A DNA stretch of 64,000 nucleotides. It comes from Candidatus Heimdallarchaeota archaeon. Its GTDB lineage: Archaea; Asgardarchaeota; Heimdallarchaeia; Hodarchaeales; Hodarchaeaceae. The DNA lies in assembly GCA_048881705.1 (NCBI GenBank), contig JBHLSH010000008.1, positions 10,728 to 74,727 on the forward strand. The letters are read 5' to 3'. The notes below the pieces were generated by a model. It was not told the DNA's origin and made no database searches. It saw only the letters and a program-made list of their open reading frames with translations. Of the stretch, positions 47,885 through 57,507 are shown piece after piece (position 1 is the first letter of the stretch; every line of letters starts with the position of its first letter). The translations under genes were made by a program, and so were the position numbers.

Positions 47885-48562
47885 CTACGAGGTTTCTATG
47901 GTGATACTCGGGGGCGTGTCCAACATAGTTATTGTACGCTCCGCTTGCGCAATTTTAGCTGGTGATTCATCTGATCGTGTTTTTAAGGGGCTGATAGTGG
48001 CAATTTGGTATGTAATACCCGTTTCAAGTATTAAAGAATCAATCTCCTGAAGTAGGTTTAAGATATCTGCAATGGTAGGGATCTGTAACCACTCTATAGC
48101 GAAATCATAATGGCCAACCAATGCTCCAGTTGTAGCTTTGACTCCAGGGAAGGAATGTATTTGCCCTTCAAGGATTTCTAACGCTTGTGCGAGCCAGGGA
48201 CCGTGGATCTCAAAAAAGGTATACGCTACTCCCGCTGATTTAGAGGCCAAAAGATCCTCTGCTTCTTCAGAACGCAAAGGAGTATGTGTTACCAAGGAAT
48301 ATTTGGCACGACAGTCGGATCGAGAGAGAACTTGGTCAAGATTGTGGGCCAAAAGAAGGATGTCGTGTTTGGTGGCGGTATCCGTCCAAAAAAACTCGTA
48401 ATCTGCTTTTTCGCCGAGGTAAGGTCGTCCGAAAGATATCTTTTCGCGCAGGCTAGTCAAAGTTCTTATTTCACGAGTGAGATCCTCTAATCTTCTTAAT
48501 GCAATAGGAATTCCAGGTCCAAAGAGTTTCACTCGAGTGACACTTGGGTTCAAGGTATCCAT
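47885..48562 (-). CDS. Hypothetical protein with an internal duplication (two ferredoxin-like units)
   Basis: KLFGP..ALRRLE..DYEFFW..DILLL..LD..Y..T..PL and EIHGP..ALEILE..YDFAIEW..DILNL..ID..Y..T..PL. Confidence 0.6.
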   Translation of the reverse strand: MDTLNPSVTRVKLFGPGIPIALRRLEDLTREIRTLTSLREKISFGRPYLGEKADYEFFWTDTATKHDILLLAHNLDQVLSRSDCRAKYSLVTHTPLRSEEAEDLLASKSAGVAYTFFEIHGPWLAQALEILEGQIHSFPGVKATTGALVGHYDFAIEWLQIPTIADILNLLQEIDSLILETGITYQIATISPLKTRSDESPAKIAQAERTITMLDTPPSITIETS

Positions 48563-48871
48563 CTTCGATGTTGGCAGGTTATCATAGATTTTAAGTTATT
48601 TCACTTTGCATTGTATACATGAGTTTACAAAATTTGATAAGATATTAAGATTCGATAATTCCCAAACACTGCATCTGGCATGGATGGCTTGCATTTTAGT
48701 TAGTAAATTGTAAAATTGAGATCCTTTAATAAATCTGGATACATTGATAGTTAGGTTATTCACAGATCAGCAAGTAGTGTTTCACTAGTCCAAAATTGTG
48801 AAAAATTCGATTTCGTACAAAGGTATGTTCACTTTTTATTATCTAATTCTACTTATCAGTTGGTATGACCG

Positions 48872-50284
48872 ATGGAAACATCTCCCGAGGCAATTATGAG
48901 AAAGTTTGGTTTAGAGTTCATTAAAGATAACGCGAAAGATCGGAAGATCGCTATCCAGACCCTAGGGGTAACCTTCAAGAACGCAATGCAGACTTTGGGG
49001 AGATCAAGTGTTATGGCTATCGCTAGGGTGGAAGATAGAGAATACATAGATGATCTGTTTGAAGAACTTCATAACGAAACTAACCGAACAATTGAAACTC
49101 AGCTGACGCGCCTCACTGTTAAAGCATTTAATTGGATTAAAAACATTTTAGTATCCTCAGAGAAATTAATTATTACTGAGGAAGGTTCAAACGAGGCGTT
49201 GGTGAATGAACTTCGCGAAAAGGTGCGAGATCTTCAGCAACAATCGAAAATGCAGTCGGATGAGCTATCGCGCCTTCGATACGCTCACGAGGCGGCTGCG
49301 GATCAGATAAAAGAGAAGGAAGGTCTAGTCCAACGGTTAGAACAGAAATTTTCATCTATTAAAACAGAATTGCAGGAGCAATTGATCGCAGAAAAAACCC
49401 GTGGAGAAACGCTTTCCAAGCAAATTGAAACGATGGATCAAAAAATCAAAACTCAATCGGTTGAGCTATCTGAGAAGGATTTACAAAATCGAAAATACCA
49501 AAATGAGGCGAATGAACTTAGCATGCAGTTGGTGGTGCATAAAACTGAAATCAATAGACTTCAACAGTCGTTAGAACAGAAAAATGAAACAATTGAAAAG
49601 ATAAACATCTCTACAGATCGAACAGCCGCCGAGGCCATGGCAGCATGGGCTGAGAGTTATCAAAAACAGGAGATCAGCTTTCAAGACCAGTTGACAGCGG
49701 CCCGCCAAGAGTATGAGGGAACGATGCAGCAAAAGCTAGAAGAAGCGGCTGATCGATTCGAGGGGCAGATTGCTGCCCTGAAACAAAAGGTTCGTCTTGC
49801 TGAATCGCAAACCGCAAATCAAAGCGATGCCTATACTAGTAAAGTCTCTGAATTATCCACTAAACTTAAACAGATTGAGGAAAGAAACAAAGAACTGGAC
49901 AACTCAGTCGTAGAATTAATCCAGAAAAACGACCGGCTTGAGAAGGACTTGACCGAACAACGAATTCGTAATGATAAACTTCTATGGGATATTGAAGCTG
50001 CAAAGAATGCTGGCCCCGCCATTTCATTAACGGATATTCAGAAGACTACCAGTAAATTGAAAAACGTCAATGAATACATTGATCAGGTTCTCCAGCTCTC
50101 CAATTTTTCAATGATTACGATTTTACTCCGTATGGATGGGAGAATGAGTCTTGATCACCTTGCTAAGTCGGTTGGGATGGATCCAGTGGTACTGGAAAAC
50201 CAGCTCCAACCATTACATAAACGAGATTTGATTAATATTCAATCAGATGGACAAATCGTCGCAAATATTCCCAAGGGTGCATAA
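48872..50284 (+). CDS. Long coiled-coil protein with C-terminal winged helix
   Basis: About 270 aa of E/Q/K/L heptads, then ILLRMDGRMSLDHLAKSVGMDPVVLENQLQPLHKRDLINI. No Walker A motif. Confidence 0.75.
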   Translation: METSPEAIMRKFGLEFIKDNAKDRKIAIQTLGVTFKNAMQTLGRSSVMAIARVEDREYIDDLFEELHNETNRTIETQLTRLTVKAFNWIKNILVSSEKLIITEEGSNEALVNELREKVRDLQQQSKMQSDELSRLRYAHEAAADQIKEKEGLVQRLEQKFSSIKTELQEQLIAEKTRGETLSKQIETMDQKIKTQSVELSEKDLQNRKYQNEANELSMQLVVHKTEINRLQQSLEQKNETIEKINISTDRTAAEAMAAWAESYQKQEISFQDQLTAARQEYEGTMQQKLEEAADRFEGQIAALKQKVRLAESQTANQSDAYTSKVSELSTKLKQIEERNKELDNSVVELIQKNDRLEKDLTEQRIRNDKLLWDIEAAKNAGPAISLTDIQKTTSKLKNVNEYIDQVLQLSNFSMITILLRMDGRMSLDHLAKSVGMDPVVLENQLQPLHKRDLINIQSDGQIVANIPKGA

Positions 50285-51021
50285 GTCGATTCAATCCACT
50301 GTCATTTGATTATCGCAGGGGATTAAGATATAATACGATGTATGCAAGGTTTTCTGGATACCATCGAGATACCTTGCCATAGGGGTGGATAGGCAAACTA
50401 GCGAATCTACAACACAGCCGACAAATTCCCGTATCAATCAAGAGTCAGGTGGTGTTTATCGTAAACTATAAAAACTAATGATTAGAAGAGGGGCATAAGA
50501 AGTACAAAGAAAGTTCCAGGAATCTCTTTGTGCTCAATCGGTGTGACACGATGAGGCAATTGATGCACCCCCTTCAATGGCGGAAGTGTAATTGTATCAT
50601 TATAGAGTTCACACCGCACTCTTTTGCGTGAATCAAGCCATCTCGCCTCTCCTGGAAGGTTCGAGATCAATAAAAGGAGGTTTAAGTCGAAATGTTTTGT
50701 GAAGTATGTGGAACAGTCCTAAATCCCGATATGGAATGTGTGAACTGCGAGAAAAAAAGAACAGAAGTGAAAGAAAAACCCATAGTCTTAAAGCCAACAG
50801 TACAAGGATAATCTTGGATGAGAAACCTGTGATATGGCATGAAAATTCGGATTCAAATACGAGTTCAAGACGAAATCATATTAGATTTATTCCACACTCC
50901 CAAAATATTACAGATTTATACCAAACAGTCTAAACCAATTTCTGAAAACCGTTTTGCGGGAATCTTTCCATTTCCTTGAAAGGGTTCTCCTCGAAACCAG
51001 AAAAATAAACTTCATATAAGT

Positions 51022-51033
51022 TAACAATTGTTA
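51022..51033. promoter_or_regulatory. 12-bp palindrome between TATA-like element and the cysM start
   Basis: TAACAATTGTTA, whose last A is the A of the ATG; CATATAAG lies immediately upstream. Confidence 0.4.
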
Positions 51034-51983
51034 TGTCAATTAAAGTGTTAACGCTAGACAAACCCGTTTACCCTTCGAGTCTCATTAAAAACCACGGAAT
51101 CTTGGGCCAGATTGGCAATACACCGTTAATTGAACTAAACCATTTTTTTTCCAAGAAAAAAAATGTCAAAATCCTTGCCAAGGCTGAATGGTTAAATCCT
51201 GGCGGTTCTGTTAAGGATCGCGCTGCGCTTTACATGGTTGCTCAAGCAATTCAGGATGGAAAGCTCACAAAAGAAAAAATCATCCTTGATGCTTCATCTG
51301 GTAACACGGGTATCGGATATGCGCTAGTGGGAGCGGCGCTCGGGTACAGGGTTATGATTTGTATACCCAAAAATGCCTCACCTGAACGTTTAAGACTGTT
51401 AAAAGCATATGGAGCGGAATTAGTCTTGACCGATCCACTTGAAGGGATTGATGAGGCAATACTGACCGCTCGGAAGATGAAAGCTGCCGATCCCGATTTG
51501 TATTACTATCCTGACCAGTACAGCAATGAGGCAAACTGGATGGCACATTATCACACCACTGGCAAAGAAATATGGGAACAGACTCAGGGACGGGTAACTC
51601 ACTTTGTTGCAGGTTTGGGAACAACAGGAACTTTCACTGGAACCTCTAGGTTTCTGAAGTCAAGGGATCCAAAGATTCAAACCATCGCTCTCCAACCTGA
51701 TTCACCATTTCACGGTTTAGAGGGTTTAAAGCACATGGAAACCTCCCTGGTTCCTGCGATTTACGACTCTCGCCTTGTTGATGAAATGCTTTTTATCTCA
51801 TCCGAGTTGAGTCAAAGCTTAACTCAAGAATTGGCAAGGAAAGAAGGACTTCTGATTGGACCTTCTTCTGGAGCGGCTTTGGCTGGGGTTCTCCAAATTG
51901 CGGAACGGATTGAAAAAGGCGTCATTGTAACTGTTTTTCCAGATCGTGGGGATAGATATCTTTCCGGTAAGTTTTGGGAGTGA
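51033..51983 (+). CDS. cysM: PLP-dependent cysteine synthase (CysM-type)
   Basis: IGNTPL, KAEWLNPGGSVKDR (PLP Lys), ASSGNTG, GLGTTGT, GPSSGA, PDRGDRYLS. Confidence 0.9.
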   Translation: MSIKVLTLDKPVYPSSLIKNHGILGQIGNTPLIELNHFFSKKKNVKILAKAEWLNPGGSVKDRAALYMVAQAIQDGKLTKEKIILDASSGNTGIGYALVGAALGYRVMICIPKNASPERLRLLKAYGAELVLTDPLEGIDEAILTARKMKAADPDLYYYPDQYSNEANWMAHYHTTGKEIWEQTQGRVTHFVAGLGTTGTFTGTSRFLKSRDPKIQTIALQPDSPFHGLEGLKHMETSLVPAIYDSRLVDEMLFISSELSQSLTQELARKEGLLIGPSSGAALAGVLQIAERIEKGVIVTVFPDRGDRYLSGKFWE

Positions 51984-51988
51984 TTTAA

Positions 51989-52408
51989 TTGACGATTCAC
52001 ATTAGAAAATCTGAGTTAAAGAAGATTCAAAACCACGCGGTAGGTGAATTTCCATACGAATGCTGTGGAATACTTATTGGCACGTCCGCTCCGTCTCTTC
52101 GCGTTACAGAAGCCCGTAAAGTTCCTAATACTAATCGTACGATAAAAACAAGGCGTTATAATATCGATCCAATGAGCTATAGAAAGATCGAAGAAGAAAC
52201 CGAAGAAAATGGAATTGAAATTCTGGGTATATATCATTCTCATCCCAACCACCCTGCTACTCCCTCCGAGTTTGATTTAAACAATGCATTTCCGAATTTC
52301 TCATACATCATCCAATCAATAGACGATGGGAAGGTGGGAGCGATTACTTCATGGCGATTAGATCCATCAAGGATGAAATTCTACCAAGAACCTATTAGAA
52401 TCACATAA
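51989..52408 (+). CDS. mec: JAMM/MPN+ metalloprotease (Mec/CysO-cysteine peptidase-like)
   Basis: PYECCGIL and the JAMM motif YHSHPNHPATPSEFD (HxH-x7-S-x2-D). Confidence 0.88.
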   Translation: MTIHIRKSELKKIQNHAVGEFPYECCGILIGTSAPSLRVTEARKVPNTNRTIKTRRYNIDPMSYRKIEEETEENGIEILGIYHSHPNHPATPSEFDLNNAFPNFSYIIQSIDDGKVGAITSWRLDPSRMKFYQEPIRIT

Positions 52409-52425
52409 ATTGAGATGAATTAATT

Positions 52426-52707
52426 ATGGAAACCGTTATCTTAATACCGACTCCCTTACGAACTTATACGGATAATCAAAAGGCGATAACTCTGACGGGA
52501 AATACCGTTGGAGATATCTTGGAGCAACTCACGATCCGCTTTCCGAAGTTGGGAAGCCATTTATACAATGAACATGGAAATCTTCGTAGTTTTGTTAATG
52601 TGTACCTAAACGATGAGGATATACGTTACTTGGACAATGAGAAGTCTATTATCAAAAACGGAGACACCGTTTCAATTATCCCTTCAATTGCAGGAGGAAA
52701 AGCGTGA
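52426..52707 (+). CDS. Ubiquitin-fold sulfur carrier (CysO/MoaD/ThiS family) with capped di-Gly
   Basis: IPTPLR, LRSFVNVYLNDEDIRYL, IIPSIAGG followed by KA-stop. Confidence 0.9.
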   Translation: METVILIPTPLRTYTDNQKAITLTGNTVGDILEQLTIRFPKLGSHLYNEHGNLRSFVNVYLNDEDIRYLDNEKSIIKNGDTVSIIPSIAGGKA

Positions 52708-53895
52708 GTGTATCTACCTACGTTAGAGGAACAAAAAATAGCGGCCCAAACCGACCTTTCACAAGAAGAGATAATCAGGTATAGCCGTCATTTGATCCTT
52801 CCGGAAGTTGGAGTCAAGGGTCAACAAAAGCTAAAACAGGCACGAGTCCTCCTAGTAGGCGTAGGAGGTCTGGGATCCCCTCTGGCTCTATATCTTGCAG
52901 CAGCGGGTGTTGGAACGATTGGGATTGTTGACCATGATAAGGTCGATTTAACGAATTTACAGCGACAAGTGATTCATTCGACGGAAGACCTCGGTAAATC
53001 AAAACTAGAGTCCGCCCGCGCTCGAATTCTCGCGATTAATCCTGAAATAAAGGTAATAACACACGAAAAAGAACTTGCCTCTGAAAACGCGCTTGATATC
53101 ATAAAGAACTACGATATTGTAGCGGATGGAACAGATAATTTTCCCACGCGGTACTTGATCAACGATGCCTGCGTTCTCCTCGGCAAACCAAATGTTTATG
53201 CTTCAATATTTCGTTTCGAAGGTCAGGCATCTGTTTTTTACGCTGAAAAAGGGCCATGTTACCGTTGTCTATATTCAGAACCCCCACCTCCTGGACTGGT
53301 TCCTTCCTGTGCTGAAGGCGGGGTTCTTGGAATCTTACCTGGGATAGTTGGCACCATACAGGCAACTGAAGTAATAAAACTCATCCTTGATCTTGGGAAA
53401 CCCCTCGTGGGACGTCTTCTTTTGATTGACGCCCTCGATATGAACTTCAGGGAATTAATACTACGAAAAAACCCCCAATGTGCGATCTGCGGATCGAATC
53501 CTACGATTCACGAGTTAATAGATTATGAAGCGTTCTGTGGCGTCGGTACAGATCAGATTCCGCTATTTGAAAAAGAAGATGAGATTACTCCCCCACAATT
53601 GGCATCGCTCCTGAGCAGCGGTACTCCACTTCAATTAATCGATGTTCGGGAACCTCACGAACGCAAGATCAGCCAGATTTCCAATTCCCACCTTATGCCT
53701 CTTAACAAGGTGACAGAGATGGCTAAGGCTCTGGACAAAGACCAATTAACCGTAGTCTATTGCAGGTCGGGTGCACGTTCCGCAAGAGCAGTTAACCAAC
53801 TCAAACGGGAACTCGGATTCTCTAAAATCCTGAATCTGGTGGGGGGGGTAAATGCATGGGCATCTGAGGTTGACCCCAGTATTCCCACCTACTAG
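52708..53895 (+). CDS. moeB: E1-like adenylyltransferase plus rhodanese domain (MoeZ/MoeB-type)
   Basis: RYSRHLILPEVG, VGVGGLGS, DLTNLQRQ, CYRC, SCAEGG, CAIC, rhodanese IDVRE..YCRSGARS, W..EVDPSIPTY. Confidence 0.93.
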   Translation: MYLPTLEEQKIAAQTDLSQEEIIRYSRHLILPEVGVKGQQKLKQARVLLVGVGGLGSPLALYLAAAGVGTIGIVDHDKVDLTNLQRQVIHSTEDLGKSKLESARARILAINPEIKVITHEKELASENALDIIKNYDIVADGTDNFPTRYLINDACVLLGKPNVYASIFRFEGQASVFYAEKGPCYRCLYSEPPPPGLVPSCAEGGVLGILPGIVGTIQATEVIKLILDLGKPLVGRLLLIDALDMNFRELILRKNPQCAICGSNPTIHELIDYEAFCGVGTDQIPLFEKEDEITPPQLASLLSSGTPLQLIDVREPHERKISQISNSHLMPLNKVTEMAKALDKDQLTVVYCRSGARSARAVNQLKRELGFSKILNLVGGVNAWASEVDPSIPTY

Positions 53896-54289
53896 ATAAC
53901 TTCTTGCTCTAGTCCACGGTTGGGAGAGAGAAAGCCGTTTTTTTGAGCTAGGGAGGATTTCTACTTCCAAAAGTACCGAAATACCCCTTATTTTTTTTGG
54001 CCAGACAATAAATCCCCTCATAACTCATTTAGGAGATTCTACAAGCAAAAAATGTTAGGAATAGGTCAGTATATGAGATTTTGAAGGCTGTCATGAGTTT
54101 TTAATAGGCGAATAAGTCCATGATTTGGCGACTGAATTTTGTTTAATCTACCCTACAAGTATTATGCGGACAAAGCTCTGTGCTAGGCTTACTCTTATGA
54201 GATCAGAGTAACTAAGTGGTGATATCGGAAACGGGTCTCCTTCTTGTTTAGAAAAGGATTCCTTATATTCCGATTAAGAGGTAAAGAAC

Positions 54290-54556
54290 ATGTCTCAAGT
54301 TGTTGAACCAGTTTCCCTGATGGAGGCTATCGATGTTCTCGCTTATAATGGACCGCTTTTTTCTTCGGAAAAAAAAACCAAAAGGCATCTTATTCCCCAT
54401 AAGAGTGTAGAACTGGTTCCGAGTTGTATTTCAGAGGATTTTCTTTTCTACCTGTTTATGCGTAGGGGTTTTGTGGTCCACTCATCGCCTACCTTTCAGA
54501 ATCCGTTTTTTCGGGTCAAATACTTCCATTATAACGAAGAGGAATACAATCCATAG
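54290..54556 (+). CDS. Hypothetical protein
   Basis: 88 aa with GAGGTA RBS; no recognised motif. Confidence 0.35.
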   Translation: MSQVVEPVSLMEAIDVLAYNGPLFSSEKKTKRHLIPHKSVELVPSCISEDFLFYLFMRRGFVVHSSPTFQNPFFRVKYFHYNEEEYNP

Positions 54557-54679
54557 CTTCCGTTTACGATCATTCCCTTTTCTCCGTGTTTATCCTCCCA
54601 AGGCAGGTTGGATCCTCCTCACTACATCGTGTGGTGAGGTAGGATCCTCCTTTCTCGGAAAATACGATTTTATCATTAT

Positions 54680-55369
54680 CTAATGCTTATATATAAGTGC
54701 CAATCCTTTACCGACTGGAACCACTATATGTGATGCCATCCTAGACCGCTCGAGTTCTCCAATGAATTCTAGTAATTCGTATTCATGGCTTATCGCATTG
54801 TCTGCTATCAGCACTGAACCAGAAAAAAACCTATTATTCTCGAGAAACAACCCAAGAAAGCTAAAATAATCTTCTTTTTCTGCATCTAAGAAGACATAGT
54901 TAATGCTTGGGCCTGAATAGGATTTTAGAAATTGTTTTGCATCTATACATATCAGCTCTATAAATTCCTGTACCGTGGAACCATTTACGGTCTCTAAAGC
55001 CATTTTATGTTTGCGTGGATCATTATCCAAAGAAATTAGAGTACCGAATCCCAGTTTATGGAGTGCAGCACCCTGCCAAAGAGTTGAATATCCCCCCGAA
55101 GTTCCTATCTCAACTCCAAGAAATTCAGGATACCCCCCCGCATGAGATAGAAGATATTGATATAAGAATTCACCTGTTTTCCTTGGAATTTGTCGTAGGC
55201 GTACTCTTCTTTCAACATGTCCCTCCCTTTCCTTTCGATCTTGGTTTTCAAGGACAACGATCCTCTCCTGGAGTAGAGGATCTAGAAGGTCAAATGGAGC
55301 TACCATTGGTGAAGTTTCCTGAGTAATTGATAATTCATCTAGAAATTTAACGCCAACACATGATATCAA
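54680..55369 (-). CDS. SAM-dependent O-methyltransferase (Methyltransf_3-like)
   Basis: IPRKTGEFL, EIGTSGGYSTLW, VFLDAEKEDY, LIADN. TTG overlaps the upstream TGA (TTGA). Confidence 0.85.
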   Translation of the reverse strand: MISCVGVKFLDELSITQETSPMVAPFDLLDPLLQERIVVLENQDRKEREGHVERRVRLRQIPRKTGEFLYQYLLSHAGGYPEFLGVEIGTSGGYSTLWQGAALHKLGFGTLISLDNDPRKHKMALETVNGSTVQEFIELICIDAKQFLKSYSGPSINYVFLDAEKEDYFSFLGLFLENNRFFSGSVLIADNAISHEYELLEFIGELERSRMASHIVVPVGKGLALIYKH

Positions 55370-56259
55370 TAAAGAGGAGCCCGATCGATGAATTCTATTA
55401 TATTTTGAGAGATCTCAGCCCCTTTCTCTTCTTGAAGAAAGTGGCCTGCCTCCTTAATGACAATTTCGGGTTGGTCTTTGGCACTAGGTATCAATCTACG
55501 AAAGAATCGATCTGCTCCTCTAGTGATTGGATCTTTATCCGAAAACATTATCAATGCAGGTTTGGTCCATTTGCTAAGGTCGTTGCGAGCCGCAAGCATT
55601 TCATGAGCCACGGGATCCTCGGGCCTGATGGGAACGAGAAGGGGTAATGCTCGAGCGCCCATCTTGTATGAAGCATCAGGAAAAGGTGCTTCATAAGCAG
55701 AAATAATCTCTGGTGTTAATATATCGGAATTATAAATGCCTGTACTGATTACAACATCAATAGGCAAGTTTGGAGTGCTCTGAACAAAATTTCTCCAATT
55801 CATAAACGCTTCATTCACTTTTCGCCCCGAAGGAAGGCCGGTATTCATTACGACAAGACGAGCGAAACGGTGTGCGAGTGTCCCTGCCACTCGTAATCCA
55901 ACAAGTCCTCCCCAGTTCTGACAAACGAGAGAAATGTTCTGTAAATCGAGAATGTTTAGGAATTCTACCAAAGTATTATACAACAGCGAATAGGTATAAT
56001 CCTCAATGCTTGCTGGTTTATCTGAGCGGCCAAAACCCGGAAAATCCATGCATATAACCCTAAATTTCTTCACCAAGGGTGAAATCATTTTACGGTACAA
56101 GTAAGACCAAGTTGGTTCTCCATGGAGGCAGAGAATTACTTCTCCGCTTCCCTCGTCAATATAATGAACTCGAATCTTATTAATACTCACATAGTTAGGT
56201 TTATAGGAAAAATTCGGTAGTTTTTCAAAACATACGTCAGGGGTTCTGAGAATGGGCAT
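55366..56259 (-). CDS. Haloalkane dehalogenase family (HLD-I-like) with Asn at the nucleophile position
   Basis: LRTPD, HGEPTWSYLYRK, GFGRSDKP, QNWGG (canonical QDWGG), MNTG, FSDKDP, AGHFLQEE. Confidence 0.85.
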   Translation of the reverse strand: MPILRTPDVCFEKLPNFSYKPNYVSINKIRVHYIDEGSGEVILCLHGEPTWSYLYRKMISPLVKKFRVICMDFPGFGRSDKPASIEDYTYSLLYNTLVEFLNILDLQNISLVCQNWGGLVGLRVAGTLAHRFARLVVMNTGLPSGRKVNEAFMNWRNFVQSTPNLPIDVVISTGIYNSDILTPEIISAYEAPFPDASYKMGARALPLLVPIRPEDPVAHEMLAARNDLSKWTKPALIMFSDKDPITRGADRFFRRLIPSAKDQPEIVIKEAGHFLQEEKGAEISQNIIEFIDRAPLY

Positions 56260-56406
56260 TTTAATCAATCTCTCATGCATCTGCTTACCTATTGTTATAC
56301 ATTAAATTTCGTTTTTACTGTATAGGGAACGTTTTTAACCAACCTTGACAACAAATTAGAACAGAAATCTAGACCAAATGCCATATATGGTTGAGATGAT
56401 TCTCCA

Positions 56407-57096
56407 ATGAGTGACACCAGTTTTTATCTTGTTCAAACAGCCATTTTCTGGGTATCCGCTTTAATCTGTCTGGTTATAACTTACATCGTTTACCTCCGAG
56501 ATCCCAATTATGCATTAAACCGCGTTTTTTCGGGTGGAAGTTTGACTTTAGGGCTTTTCAACATTGTTATGGGAGTTTCTAATGTTCCCGTATTCCTTTT
56601 CCAAGAACAGCTGATCATACAGGCTGTACAGCTTGCATATTCTGCCTTGGTTATCAGTTTATGCTTCTTTCTGCTGTCTGCGGTAATCCTTCAATTTGGC
56701 ACGTCCTTTCCTAGACGAGGTGAACTTCTAATTGTACTTATACTGATTATATTGGTGGACATATTTGTAATCTGGTTCACGGATGATGCATTTGCTCCCA
56801 CCACGATTCTAGGTGATGTAACAACGAGTTTATTATTTAAAATGGTTGTCCTAGGTTCACTCGCCCTAATCTATCTGGTTGCATTAATATTGTTTGTATT
56901 AACTTACAGAGAAACTGAGGCGGACATAAGGAGAAACATAGGATGGTTATTAGGGGGGTGGTTGGTTGGAGGTGCGGCTCTAATCGCTTCCGCGATAAGT
57001 GATTTTTATCAGCCATTTGACCTAGTAGGACCTTTTTTGCTTGGGTTAGCCCTGTTTATCATGCAACGGGGATTTATACGACGGCCTAGTGTTTAG
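56407..57096 (+). CDS. Stand-alone 7TM membrane protein (HisKA_7TM-like sensor region)
   Basis: About 7 hydrophobic segments; VYLRDPNYALNRVF loop; no cytoplasmic output domain. Confidence 0.55.
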   Translation: MSDTSFYLVQTAIFWVSALICLVITYIVYLRDPNYALNRVFSGGSLTLGLFNIVMGVSNVPVFLFQEQLIIQAVQLAYSALVISLCFFLLSAVILQFGTSFPRRGELLIVLILIILVDIFVIWFTDDAFAPTTILGDVTTSLLFKMVVLGSLALIYLVALILFVLTYRETEADIRRNIGWLLGGWLVGGAALIASAISDFYQPFDLVGPFLLGLALFIMQRGFIRRPSV

Positions 57097-57507
57097 TGCG
57101 CACATTTGGTAAAGGATTTTGCCCACAATATGTCGTACGATCCATATCCATAAACCAATCTGATCAGTACACGTTTTGTCCTTGGGTCGAGAAGAATATT
57201 AATCCCAGCGTGAGATTGGCCAATAGAACGGATCCAGAAATCATAACTGGATCATGAACTTGTTTGGGTCTATCCCTCGGATTTTAAAAGGCAATTTAGA
57301 AGTAAAATGTTCCTCCTTTAACGACAAAAAGCGAAAGGAAAAGGGTCGAACTCTCAAATCAGACTCTAGGAGAACGGTTTATTTTTCCAAGATGCTCCAG
57401 ACTTTATTCGGTTACGTCGTGGAATGATTTTTATGTTGATGAAACATAGAAATCTTTTGATATAATCTTACCCATCAGGGAAGAAAACCGTATTAGGAAG
57501 TAGAAAT

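Noticed and set aside
48872-50284. SMC or CdvA/ESCRT-III call for the coiled-coil protein
   Set aside because: No Walker A/B or hinge, and no recognisable Snf7 or PRC-barrel region.
50290-51000. Inverted repeat GCAAGGT..ACCTTGC and 62-75 aa ORFs upstream of the cysteine operon as a riboswitch or leader
   Set aside because: Only a 7-bp stem, about 650 bp from cysM, no SAM-riboswitch consensus, and a separate TATA-like element lies next to cysM.
52705-52707. Selenocysteine at the in-frame UGA between the carrier and moeB
   Set aside because: The position is a non-catalytic linker, I saw no SECIS-like element, and an SD supports independent initiation.
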